64,000 nt of DNA, from NCBI GenBank assembly GCA_965223325.1, contig CBDCWI010000002.1:96001-160000 (forward strand), read 5' to 3'. Source of the stretch: Candidatus Multivoradales bacterium (GTDB lineage Bacteria; Acidobacteriota; Thermoanaerobaculia; Multivoradales; Multivoraceae). Every line of letters starts with the position of its first letter. Positions within the stretch are counted from its first letter, which is position 1. The notes beneath the pieces are model-generated. The model ran no database searches and was not told the origin of the DNA. It was given only the letters and a program-made list of their open reading frames with translations. The position numbers and the translations under genes are program-made. Below are positions 41,507-50,909 of the stretch, piece by piece.

Positions 41507-42412
41507 ATGAACAATTCGGAGCAGGTCAACGCCGCGGAGGCGAAGGCCGAAGACGCGGAGGCGACGAACACGGGGGCGCTCGAACGAGGTGCGGGTCTTC
41601 CGGCGCATCATCGCCGCTGGCTGGAGAAACGCGGCAGCTCCCTGCTGCCGGCTTCGTGGCGGGTGGAGCTGCCGGTGTTTCAAGGTCCGCTCGATCTTCT
41701 TCTGCACCTGATTCGCATCAACGAAGTCGAGATCGTCGACATCCCGGTCGCCCTGATCTGCGACCAGTACCACGAGTACCTGGGCCTCATGGAGGATCTC
41801 GATCTCGATATCGCCGGGGAGTACATCTACGAGGCTGCGGTCCTCATCCAGCTCAAGTCGCGCATGCTGCTGCCAAAGCAGCGTGACGAAGAGGGGCAGC
41901 TTCTCGAAGACGATCCGCGCGACGACCTGGTGCGTCGTCTGCTCGAGTACCGCCGCCTGAAGGAAGCAGCACAAACGCTGGCCGAGGTCGACTCGGTGCG
42001 CGGCGGCCTGTGGACGCGGGAGAAGGTCGAGATCGAGCCGGACCCGGAGGAACAGGGCAAGGTGGACCTCGACCAGGTGTCGCTCTTCGACCTGCTCAAG
42101 GCGCTCAACACGGTTCTCGAGCGCTACGATTCAGAACATCCCGATCCACTCGTCTTCCAGGGTGAGGTGTTCTCGGTGCGTGACCAGATCGACTACCTTT
42201 TGAACCGCTTGAACCCTGGGCGGCCGCTTGACCTGGTCGACGAGCTGCTCGGCATGTCGGGGCGCTCCGAAGCCATCGCGACCTTTCTAGCGGTCCTCGA
42301 GTTGGCGAGACTGAACCTGGTGCGACTGCACCAGACGGCGAGTCGCGAGATCCTCCTGTACCGCACGACCCGCGAGGCGGTCTCGCACGAGTTGGAGACC
42401 ATCGCAGGATGA
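41507..42412 (+). CDS. scpA: segregation and condensation protein A
   Basis: FQGPLDLLLHLI, KSRMLLP, DPR..LV.RLLEY, TFLAVLEL. Start at 41507 or 41492. Confidence 0.93.
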   Translation: MNNSEQVNAAEAKAEDAEATNTGALERGAGLPAHHRRWLEKRGSSLLPASWRVELPVFQGPLDLLLHLIRINEVEIVDIPVALICDQYHEYLGLMEDLDLDIAGEYIYEAAVLIQLKSRMLLPKQRDEEGQLLEDDPRDDLVRRLLEYRRLKEAAQTLAEVDSVRGGLWTREKVEIEPDPEEQGKVDLDQVSLFDLLKALNTVLERYDSEHPDPLVFQGEVFSVRDQIDYLLNRLNPGRPLDLVDELLGMSGRSEAIATFLAVLELARLNLVRLHQTASREILLYRTTREAVSHELETIAG

Positions 42413-43128
42413 CGAGTCGCAACGAGATCCGCGCGGCACTCGAGGCGGTGTTGTTTGTTTCTTCAGAGCCCGTGCCTCGCGAACGTTTGCTGAGCCTTTT
42501 TGCCGAGCGCGAACGGGTGGTCGCAGAAGAGATTCTCGCCGAGCTCTGCGCGGAGTACACCCGCGATCCAGAAGACGACGACCCGCGCTCGGGAATCCAA
42601 GCCGACGAAGTGGCAGGTGGGGTTCGTCTGGTGACTCGGCCCGAACTCAACTCCTATCTCCGGCGCTACTACGAGGTCACCGGGCGTACCCGCCTGTCGA
42701 TGGCGGCCATCGAAACGCTGGCCATCGTCGCCTATCGCCAGCCGGTGACCGGGCCCGAGATTCAGGAGTTGCGTGGCAAGAGCTCCGGAGGCGTCCTCAA
42801 CACGCTGCTCGAGAAACGGCTCATACGGATCACCGGGCGGCGTGAAGTCGTCGGTAAGCCCTTCGAGTACGCGACCACCCGGGACTTCTTGATGCACTTC
42901 GGGCTCAAGAGCCTCAAAGATCTGCCTCCGCTCGAAGAGTTCGAGGAGGCGTTGATGGCCGACGCCGAGGCCGCCGAGATCCTCGAGCCAGAACCCCTCG
43001 AGCCAGCGCCTCCCGAGCCCGAGATCGCCAGCCACCGAGCGGAGGAGGACGAGCCAGCCAGAGCCTCAGGAGAGCAGGACGAGGCGCTGGTCGGAGCGGC
43101 CGCTCAGGCGGCGGTCGACGATGGCTGA
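42409..43128 (+). CDS. scpB: segregation and condensation protein B
   Basis: LEAVLF, LSMAAIETLAIVAYRQPVT, YATT..FL..FGL..L.DLP. Confidence 0.95.
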   Translation: MTSRNEIRAALEAVLFVSSEPVPRERLLSLFAERERVVAEEILAELCAEYTRDPEDDDPRSGIQADEVAGGVRLVTRPELNSYLRRYYEVTGRTRLSMAAIETLAIVAYRQPVTGPEIQELRGKSSGGVLNTLLEKRLIRITGRREVVGKPFEYATTRDFLMHFGLKSLKDLPPLEEFEEALMADAEAAEILEPEPLEPAPPEPEIASHRAEEDEPARASGEQDEALVGAAAQAAVDDG

Positions 43129-44152
43129 GGGCTTCCCGGTGCGCAGTGGCGAGCGCGTGCAGAAGATCATTGCCCGCTCTGGAGCCGCATCGAGACGCGG
43201 CGCCGAAGACATGATTCGTGCCGGCCGAGTAACGATCAACGGGCGCATTGCCGAGCTGGGTGACCGCGCCGATCCGGCGGTTGACTACGTCAAACTCGAC
43301 GGGCGGCCGGTCGCCAGGCCCGTGCAGCGGCGCTATATCCTCTTGAACAAACCGGTTGGCGTTCTAACGACCGTGGCCGATCCGGAAGATCGGGAAACCG
43401 TGATCGACCTGCTCCCGCGGCGCCTGCAGAAGGGGCTCTTCCCGGTCGGCCGTCTGGACCATGACAGCGAAGGCTTGATCCTTCTGACGACGGACGGCGA
43501 CTTCGCGCACAAAGTGGCCCATCCGCGCCACGGCTGCATCAAGACCTACGAAGTGAAAGTGCGTGGTGTTCCCGAAGTAGACGTTCTGGTGCGGCTCGAG
43601 GAGGGGCTCCGCCACCGAGGGCGCCGCTTTCGCCCATGCCGAGTCAAGCCTCATCGGGTCAAAGGGGCACGTCGTCAGCACGCCAACTCCTGGTGGCTGG
43701 TGCAGCTCCAGGAAGGTCGCAACCGCCAGATTCGCGACATGTTTCAGGCCGTCGGTCATCCGGTGCAACGACTGCGGCGGGTCGGTATTGGTTCGCTGCG
43801 CGATCCCCGTCTACGTCCCGGAACCTTCCGGGCGCTCGAGCCCGGCGAGATCGAGGCCCTGGTCGAAGCCGAGCGTCGCGGATTGCCGCCGCGGACCGCC
43901 CGTCCGCCAGCAGGCCGCCGGGCCCGCAAGTCCAGTCGCGCGCCGGCGAGCAAGAAGAAGAAGGGCGCCGCCGGGGGCGAGAAGAGTGCGGGGCGCCTGA
44001 AGAAGGGGCGTCCTGAGAAGGTGGGCAAAAAGACTGTCGGTAAGAGAGTTTCCGGCGGGAAAGGCATCGGCAAGAGACAGGCCAGCAAGAAGACCAGGCG
44101 ATCCGGCAGCCGACGGTCGGACAGCAACCGTTCGCCAAGAAGGAAGAGCTAG
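43121..44152 (+). CDS. rluB: RsuA/RluB-family pseudouridine synthase
   Basis: S4 domain RVQKIIARSG..SRR, GRLD, EGRNRQIR. Conserved scpB-rluB position. Confidence 0.85.
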   Translation: MAEGFPVRSGERVQKIIARSGAASRRGAEDMIRAGRVTINGRIAELGDRADPAVDYVKLDGRPVARPVQRRYILLNKPVGVLTTVADPEDRETVIDLLPRRLQKGLFPVGRLDHDSEGLILLTTDGDFAHKVAHPRHGCIKTYEVKVRGVPEVDVLVRLEEGLRHRGRRFRPCRVKPHRVKGARRQHANSWWLVQLQEGRNRQIRDMFQAVGHPVQRLRRVGIGSLRDPRLRPGTFRALEPGEIEALVEAERRGLPPRTARPPAGRRARKSSRAPASKKKKGAAGGEKSAGRLKKGRPEKVGKKTVGKRVSGGKGIGKRQASKKTRRSGSRRSDSNRSPRRKS

Positions 44153-44826
44153 TGCGACTGATCGTGGCGATTGACGGGCCGTCCGGAGTGGGCAAGAGCA
44201 CCACCGCCCGGCGTCTGGCGAAAGCCTTGGGAGTGCCGTATCTCGATACAGGTGCGATGTATCGAGCCGTGGGCTACCTGGCACTTCGCGCCGCGGCCGA
44301 TCCGGACGACGAGGCCGGACTGCTCGAGTTGCTCGATCGTCACCCAATCGGGCTCGAGCGCGACGCGGGAGGCTCAGTGGTGTTGCTCGAAGGCGCGCGA
44401 CTGGGCGATGAGATCAGGACCCCCGAAGTGTCGGCGGTGACCTCTCGGGTCTCGGTCCATTCCGCGATTCGCGACCTCATGGTGCAGCTCCAGCGCTCCT
44501 TCGCCGAACGCCACGGCGGAGTGATCGAGGGCCGCGACATCGGGAGCGTTGTGTTTCCCGACGCCGCCTACAAGTTTTTCCTCGACGCTGAACCGTTGGT
44601 GCGGGCCAGGCGGCGCCAGGAGCAGCTCGCGGCCAAGGGCCGACAGGTCTCGCTGCCGCAAATCGAGGAAGAGATCAGCGAGCGCGATGCTCGGGATCGC
44701 AGTCGTACGAACTCTCCGCTGCGCTACGACGAGACCTACACCCTGGTCGACACCTCGGCCTATGAGCCCGACGAAGTTCTGCAACTGTTGCTAGAGCACA
44801 TCGGGAACGAGCGCCCCAATCGATAG
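44152..44826 (+). CDS. cmk: cytidylate kinase
   Basis: IDGPSGVGKST, LDTGAMYR, EGRDIG.VVFP. Confidence 0.96.
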   Translation: MRLIVAIDGPSGVGKSTTARRLAKALGVPYLDTGAMYRAVGYLALRAAADPDDEAGLLELLDRHPIGLERDAGGSVVLLEGARLGDEIRTPEVSAVTSRVSVHSAIRDLMVQLQRSFAERHGGVIEGRDIGSVVFPDAAYKFFLDAEPLVRARRRQEQLAAKGRQVSLPQIEEEISERDARDRSRTNSPLRYDETYTLVDTSAYEPDEVLQLLLEHIGNERPNR

Positions 44827-44838
44827 CATCAACCCCCC

Positions 44839-46644
44839 ATGCTGCGTTTGATCGCCTACGCCCCCGACGGGGTCCGCCGCTTCGCGATTCCCGGCGCCGA
44901 GTGTTTCCTCGGCTCCGAACCGGGCTGCGAGATTTTTCTTCCCTACACCGGCGTTGCCAGGCGCCATGCCCGTATCCGACGTGACGGCGAAGCGTTGCAC
45001 ATCGAAGACCTGGGCTCCCGCCGCGGCATGCTGGTCAATGGCAACCGCGTTCGCGAGAGCGAGCTCGAAGTGCTCGACGAGGTGCGCCTGGGCTCGATCA
45101 CCCTGTTGCTCGAGGATACGAAAGCCGAATCAGCCGCGCCGGCCGCTCGCGGGGCGGGAGAGACAGCGCCCGGCGAACCGGTCATGGATGCCCAGACTCT
45201 GACGGAGCACCTCGCCGCGGTCACCGACTGGGTGTTGGCCGACACCGAGAGTCGATCGACGCTCGAGTCGGTCGTTAGACGGGCGCTGGTCGACTTTGGC
45301 GGCGGCGCGGTCTACCTGCTCCAGGGCGACGACGACGAGGCCGGAGTCAAGTTTCTCGTCGCCACCGATTCTGCCTGGCTGGTCGAGGCGAGCAGCGTGC
45401 TGGACCAGGTCACCTTCGACCGCGACCGCGAGGCGCGCGAGAAGGGTTCCTTCGAGGGCGAACTCGCGGGAGAGCGCGCATGGGTTTTCTACCGTTCCCT
45501 GGTGGCCCTCGACCGGCCGTACATTCTGATGGTGGTGCTGCCCGAGTTCGCAGTCAACGACGAGTGGTCGCCGGTTGCCGGCTTGGGCGCCCTCGGCGAC
45601 CTTCTGATTCTCGGCCTGGTTCACCACGTCGGGCGCTACGAGCCCATTCTCCCTGGCAGCGGCGGCAGCCAGGATCTCATCTTCGCGCCCGGCTTCGTCG
45701 TCGGCGAGTCCGAGGCCATGCAGTCGGTGGTGGATGCGATGCGCTCGCTGGCCGATCCCAGCACCCACGTGCTGCTCTCTGGCGAGCCCGGGGTGGGCCG
45801 CGAGTTGATCGCCCGCTCGCTCCACCTTTCCGGTCCGCATCGGCATGGCCCGTTTCTCGTCGCCAGTTGCAGTGGTGCGAAGCTGTTCCAGATCGAGGCC
45901 GATCTCTTCGGCGCCGAGATTGCGGGCAAGGACGGGCCTGTGCGCCGCGAGGCGAAGCTGGTGCTCGCCGACGGCGGAACGCTCTTCTTGGAAGACGTCG
46001 ACCTCCTGCCGCTCGAGCTGCAGTCGCGCTTGATCCGTTTTCTACGCACCGGCGCGGTCGAGGCACCGGGCGGGGGAGATCCCACCGAAAGCAGCGTGCG
46101 GTTCATTGCAACAGCCAGCGAGCGGCTCGAAGAGCTGGTGGCACGCGATCGTTTTCGGGTCGATCTCGCCTACCGGCTCTCGCAGTTCGTGATCGATGTT
46201 CCCCCACTGCGCGAACGTCGCGAGGACATGCCGCTCCTCATTCAGTCCTTCGTCAACCGCTTCTGCCATGAATCAGGCAAGCGTGTCCAGGGCATCACCA
46301 CCAAGGCAATCAGTGCGCTGATGGCGCATCCATTCCCCGGCAATCTTCCCGAGCTCGAAGGCATCGTTCGCCAGATGGTCTTCCTGGCACCGAACGGTCA
46401 GCCGATGGATGCCAACCTGCTGCCCGAGGATGTGCGACGCTCTCATCTCCACGTCGACAGCCGCGTCGATAGCACGACACCGGACCTCGAGCTCGAACCG
46501 TTGGTGGCCCGTACCGAAGAGCGCGCACTTCGCGAGGCACTGAGGAGGAGTCGCGGAAACAAGTCACACGCCGCGCGTCTGCTCGGCCTGTCGCGCAACG
46601 GCCTGTCGCTCAAGATGGAGCGCTACGGCATCGAGACGCCATGA
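44839..46644 (+). CDS. FHA-like + sigma-54-activator-like AAA+ + Fis-HTH protein (degenerate motifs)
   Basis: Enhancer-binding-protein scaffold: VLLSGEPGVGRE, ADGGTLFL, FRVDLAYRL, PPLRERREDM, FPGN, HTH GNKSHAARLLGLSR. GAFTGA is absent. Confidence 0.88.
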   Translation: MLRLIAYAPDGVRRFAIPGAECFLGSEPGCEIFLPYTGVARRHARIRRDGEALHIEDLGSRRGMLVNGNRVRESELEVLDEVRLGSITLLLEDTKAESAAPAARGAGETAPGEPVMDAQTLTEHLAAVTDWVLADTESRSTLESVVRRALVDFGGGAVYLLQGDDDEAGVKFLVATDSAWLVEASSVLDQVTFDRDREAREKGSFEGELAGERAWVFYRSLVALDRPYILMVVLPEFAVNDEWSPVAGLGALGDLLILGLVHHVGRYEPILPGSGGSQDLIFAPGFVVGESEAMQSVVDAMRSLADPSTHVLLSGEPGVGRELIARSLHLSGPHRHGPFLVASCSGAKLFQIEADLFGAEIAGKDGPVRREAKLVLADGGTLFLEDVDLLPLELQSRLIRFLRTGAVEAPGGGDPTESSVRFIATASERLEELVARDRFRVDLAYRLSQFVIDVPPLRERREDMPLLIQSFVNRFCHESGKRVQGITTKAISALMAHPFPGNLPELEGIVRQMVFLAPNGQPMDANLLPEDVRRSHLHVDSRVDSTTPDLELEPLVARTEERALREALRRSRGNKSHAARLLGLSRNGLSLKMERYGIETP

Positions 46645-46675
46645 CGCGACCAGGGACCCGGCGCCGGAGAAGAGT

Positions 46676-49600
46676 TTGAAGGCTCGCTTGCCGGCGGACG
46701 GGCTGCTGCTCTTGATGCTCGGAGCGACGGCCTTGTCATCGCCTGTCGCCGCCAGCCTGGCGCTGCTGGCTCTGTTCGGCCTCTGGTGGGGACTGGCGAG
46801 GCCAGAGAAGCGGGCTCTGGTGCCGGTGCTCGTGGCAGTGCTGCTCGCTGTGGTGTGGGGCCTGGTTGGTGCGTGGTCGCAGAGGCAGGAGGCGACTGGT
46901 GATCTCGCAAGGATCGAAGCCGATTATCAGGAGATGGTCAAAGCGCTCCGCCGGGAAGCTGACAACGTGGCTCTCGAGGTCGAGCAATGGAGCCGGGGCC
47001 AGGATCCACCCGGGCCCGATGCACCGACCCCCACGAGACTCGCGGCGTTTCGCGAGCTCGAACGTCAACAGCGCCTGCTCGCACCGACCAGCACGCTGCT
47101 CTGGGTCGATGAAGGCGGAGAGGTCTGGGTCTGGGCGGGGCAGGGCCTCCGACACGATCTGCCCAGCCCGCTGCCCACCGGTCCCGAGATCGGCGCCGTT
47201 TCGAGCTTCACCGCAGTGACGTTCTTGGCGGCGGCGCCGCTCGGCTCGACGGGGACTGCGCAGACGCTGGTGATTGGACGCAGTTTCCCTACCGATCGGA
47301 TGACCTTCAGCGGCCGGCCGGGTCGCCTCGAGCGCCGGCGTTGGTCGGTCCGGCTCGACCCGGCGGACCCGCCGAGAGACGCACGAAGTTCCGCCGTCCA
47401 TCGGATTCGCGTCGATCGTGCGCCAACTCTCGAGGTCCTGCTCACTGACCCGGCAGCGCCGCCGCCCGGAACGCGCGCACGGCGCTGGCCGCTGGCGTTT
47501 GTCAGCCTGGGGATGATTCTTCTGGCTGCCACCCGTTTGACGCACGATGGTCTGCTCGCTCTAGGGGAGAACTCGAGCAGTCTCGCCGCCAGCTTCTGGA
47601 GCGCCAGTACCGGCGTTGTCGGGAGCTGTGCGCTGGTATGGGCCCTCGGTGTCGACTGGCGAGCGGTCGGCTTTCTCGGTGTTGCAATGACGCTTCTCGT
47701 TCTAGGTGTGCTGGTGCCAACACGCCTGGCTGCCGGACCGCCGGTCTGGCTGGCCACCGGAGCCACGGTTGCGGCGGTCACCTCCGGGCTGTGGGTGGTC
47801 TGGCACCAGCTCGCCGAGAGCGAGGTTGTCGACCCGGCGTTCGGGGTCCTCGGCCTGGGGCACTCGCTTTTCGGCTCACCGCTCGCCATGACGCTCCGCA
47901 TCGCGACCTGGGCGTCGCTCGCCGGCGCCCTCTCGTTCCTCTCGTCCGGTCGCTCTACGCAGAGCGCTCGAAGGCTCGGACTGGTGGGTCCGGTCCTGGT
48001 GGTTGCGGTCCTGACCGTGGCGGCGGCGCTCTTGGGACGTCCCGTTCTGGCCTTCCTCGCGGCGCTGCTCGCTGCGCTCCTCCTCGCCGAGTGGTGGAGT
48101 CGCGGTCCCCGCTCGACGGCCCGCCAGCTGGTTCTCCTCCTGGTGTGTGCGCCGCTCGCCGCCTCCCTCTGGGAGGCGACCCACCGGCAAGCCCTCGAGT
48201 CGTGGGTCGAAACGCGCACCATCGATCAGTTCGCCAACGAAGATCCGGCGGCGGTCTCGCAACTCGACGACCAGATCCTGAGTTGGTTCGCGGGTTTCGA
48301 TCTCGAGCAGCTGGCGGTGGGAGATCCCGATCGGGTGACCGAACGTCAGGATGTTGCTCTGGCGATCTGGCAGGCCTCGCCCTTGCCGTACCGGGATGCT
48401 CTCAGTGCGGTCGTGGTTCTACCCAGCGATGGTGCACCGATCGCCTTTCGCTGGGGGCTTGAGATCGACGCCCGCACGATGGATCTGAACGAGGCGAGTC
48501 TGCCGGCGTGGACGATGAGTTTTCTCGAGGGCAGCACGGATCTGTTCGCGGAAGGTGAGATCTGGGGTGAGATTCGGTGGTGGGTGGTTCCGCGCCCCGG
48601 TCCCGGCAGGGCCGAACGCGCCCGGGCGCTTCCCCAAACCGGTCTGCTGCGCGGCGAAGCAAGCCTCGATCGGTTGGGCGGCCGCCTCGGTCCCGACCTG
48701 TCGGTGTCTTACCTCGATCCATTCGGTCGCCTGGTTGCCTCGACCCTCGCCACCAGTGCCGACCCTGCCGAGGGCGTTGGTCGCGACCGTTTGGGTCGAC
48801 CTGGTGACCGTCTGGTGACGCGCGAGATCGGAGCCAACGGCCAGGACGGTCTCTTGGTCCTGCGCCTGGCCGGCATCGGCGCACTCGCTGGCATCGAGCG
48901 GGTTGCGACCCACGTGGTTTCGACTCTCTTTGTGGCGGCGCTCGGCATACTCGCCATGGTTGTGGTCGTTGCCGTGCCTCTGCCAGCGTTTCGGAGTGCT
49001 TTGCGGCTCGAGATGAGTCGCTACTCGAACCGGTTGGTCATGGCATTCCTGGCCGTTCTCGTCGTGCCGCTCGTCTTGCTCGGCGCTCTCTTGATTCTCT
49101 CGCTGCGAGACAACGCTTCGCGGGCGCGCGAGGCAGCCGGTGCGGCGGCGCTCGAGAGTGCGCGCACGATCCTCAACGACTACCTCACCGAGCTCGAGCC
49201 TGGGCTGTCGATCGACAGCGCGCTCGACACCCCGCTCCTGGACTGGATCTCCGTCGTCGCCTCTCACGATGTCAACCTCTACTGGCAGGGTCAGCTGCAT
49301 CGTTCGAGCGAGCCTGACCTGTTCACAGCGGGTCTCTTGCCGCGGCGGATTCCGGGGGAGGTGTTCGCCGATCTGGCGCTCGCCGGTAGGCCGCTGGCAG
49401 TGCGTGAGCACCGAGAGCCCGACGCTCGCTACCTCGAGCTCTACGGTCCGGCGCTCCTTCCCGAGGAGCGCCCTGAAGACGCGCGGTTGTTCCTTTCGGT
49501 GCCACTTCTCACCCTGCAGGACGAGACGGCGGCGGCGCTCCAGGTACAGACCCGACGCCTGGTTGTGGTGACCACACTCCTCATGCTGGGGCTGTTTGCG

Positions 49601-50863
49601 GTGGCCTCGCGGCTCAGCCGCGGTTTTGCGCGCCCGTTGACCGAGATCGTGGCTGGCACCCGGCGGATCGCTGCCGGGGCTGTCTCACTCGAGCTCGACC
49701 CGCGCGAGCCAGAGCTGCAAGCTCTGGTCGAGGCAATTGACGAGATGGCCGACCGCATCGCTCTCGGCCGGCGCTCGCTCGAGCGCGAGAAGCAAGTCCT
49801 CGAGGGGGTGGTCGAGAACATCACCGCGGCGGTGGTATCCCTGGGCTCCGGCGAGCAGGTGATCATGCGCAACCGTGCCGCCAAGGCGCTGCTCTCGGTC
49901 GAGGTCGGGCAGACCCTCGAAGACGTGGCGGCGGCGGAGCACCTCGCTCCGCTCGCCCTTTCGCTGGCAGAGCGGCGGCGCGATCGACCGCTGCGAACGA
50001 CCGTTCGGCTGGCTTCGGACGAGGCGGAGCAGGGCACGGACGGAGAGAAAGAATGGAGCCTGGTCTGGCTGCCGGTCGAGGGGGCAGGTGACCCGGCGGC
50101 GCTCCTGGTTGTCGAGGACGTCAGTGAGGTACTGCGTGCCGAACGGCTCGAAGCCTGGGCTGAAATGGCCCGCTTGATTGCCCACGAGATCAAGAACCCG
50201 CTGACTCCGATTCGGCTCGCGACCGAACACCTGCAGCGGGTCTGGAGGCGTTCACCTGAGCAACTCGATTCGGTCTTCGAGCGTTGCACCGAGAACATCC
50301 TCGAGCAGGTCGAGGAGCTGCGCCGTACGGCCACCGAGTTCTCGACCTACAGTCGGATTCCCGAGGCCGAACGCCTGCACGCCGATCTGGCGCTCGTCGT
50401 TCGGTCGGTTGTCGAGCCGTATGTGACCTCGCGACCACCCGGTGTCGAAATCGCCATGGCGGGCGTCGACCAGCAGATTCCAGCGGCCATCGATCAACGA
50501 CTCATCGGTCGTGCCTTGCGCAACCTGGTCGAGAACGCCCTGCGGGCTTCGGGCGCCAGTGGCCGCGTCGACATCACACTCAGCGCGCGACATGGGCTCG
50601 CCTCATTGACCGTCGCCGACCGGGGCAGAGGCGTCCCGGTCGGCCAGCTCGAACGGATCTTCGACCCCTGGTTCTCGACGTCGAGCGGCGGCACTGGCCT
50701 CGGCCTGCCGATCACCCGTCGCGTCGCCGAGGCCCATGATGGGCGGGTCTACGCGCGCCATCGAGAGGGAGGCGGCCTCGAGGTGGTTCTCGAGCTGCCG
50801 ACCGAGCCGCCGATCGAGGGTGCGAACGACGCACCGAGTGCGCCACCCGGCGATGCCGGTTGA
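46676..50863 (+). CDS. very large multi-TM NtrY-type sensor histidine kinase (HAMP, PAS-like, HisKA, HATPase)
   Basis: H-box EMARLIAHEIKNPLTPI, N-box NLVENA, DRGRG, FDPWFST..GTGLGL. About 950 aa of membrane and extracytoplasmic input region. Confidence 0.9.
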   Translation: MKARLPADGLLLLMLGATALSSPVAASLALLALFGLWWGLARPEKRALVPVLVAVLLAVVWGLVGAWSQRQEATGDLARIEADYQEMVKALRREADNVALEVEQWSRGQDPPGPDAPTPTRLAAFRELERQQRLLAPTSTLLWVDEGGEVWVWAGQGLRHDLPSPLPTGPEIGAVSSFTAVTFLAAAPLGSTGTAQTLVIGRSFPTDRMTFSGRPGRLERRRWSVRLDPADPPRDARSSAVHRIRVDRAPTLEVLLTDPAAPPPGTRARRWPLAFVSLGMILLAATRLTHDGLLALGENSSSLAASFWSASTGVVGSCALVWALGVDWRAVGFLGVAMTLLVLGVLVPTRLAAGPPVWLATGATVAAVTSGLWVVWHQLAESEVVDPAFGVLGLGHSLFGSPLAMTLRIATWASLAGALSFLSSGRSTQSARRLGLVGPVLVVAVLTVAAALLGRPVLAFLAALLAALLLAEWWSRGPRSTARQLVLLLVCAPLAASLWEATHRQALESWVETRTIDQFANEDPAAVSQLDDQILSWFAGFDLEQLAVGDPDRVTERQDVALAIWQASPLPYRDALSAVVVLPSDGAPIAFRWGLEIDARTMDLNEASLPAWTMSFLEGSTDLFAEGEIWGEIRWWVVPRPGPGRAERARALPQTGLLRGEASLDRLGGRLGPDLSVSYLDPFGRLVASTLATSADPAEGVGRDRLGRPGDRLVTREIGANGQDGLLVLRLAGIGALAGIERVATHVVSTLFVAALGILAMVVVVAVPLPAFRSALRLEMSRYSNRLVMAFLAVLVVPLVLLGALLILSLRDNASRAREAAGAAALESARTILNDYLTELEPGLSIDSALDTPLLDWISVVASHDVNLYWQGQLHRSSEPDLFTAGLLPRRIPGEVFADLALAGRPLAVREHREPDARYLELYGPALLPEERPEDARLFLSVPLLTLQDETAAALQVQTRRLVVVTTLLMLGLFAVASRLSRGFARPLTEIVAGTRRIAAGAVSLELDPREPELQALVEAIDEMADRIALGRRSLEREKQVLEGVVENITAAVVSLGSGEQVIMRNRAAKALLSVEVGQTLEDVAAAEHLAPLALSLAERRRDRPLRTTVRLASDEAEQGTDGEKEWSLVWLPVEGAGDPAALLVVEDVSEVLRAERLEAWAEMARLIAHEIKNPLTPIRLATEHLQRVWRRSPEQLDSVFERCTENILEQVEELRRTATEFSTYSRIPEAERLHADLALVVRSVVEPYVTSRPPGVEIAMAGVDQQIPAAIDQRLIGRALRNLVENALRASGASGRVDITLSARHGLASLTVADRGRGVPVGQLERIFDPWFSTSSGGTGLGLPITRRVAEAHDGRVYARHREGGGLEVVLELPTEPPIEGANDAPSAPPGDAG

Positions 50864-50909
50864 GGCCTCCTTCTCCCCTCGGTTCCTGCGATTCGCTAGG
50901 ATTCCGGCG

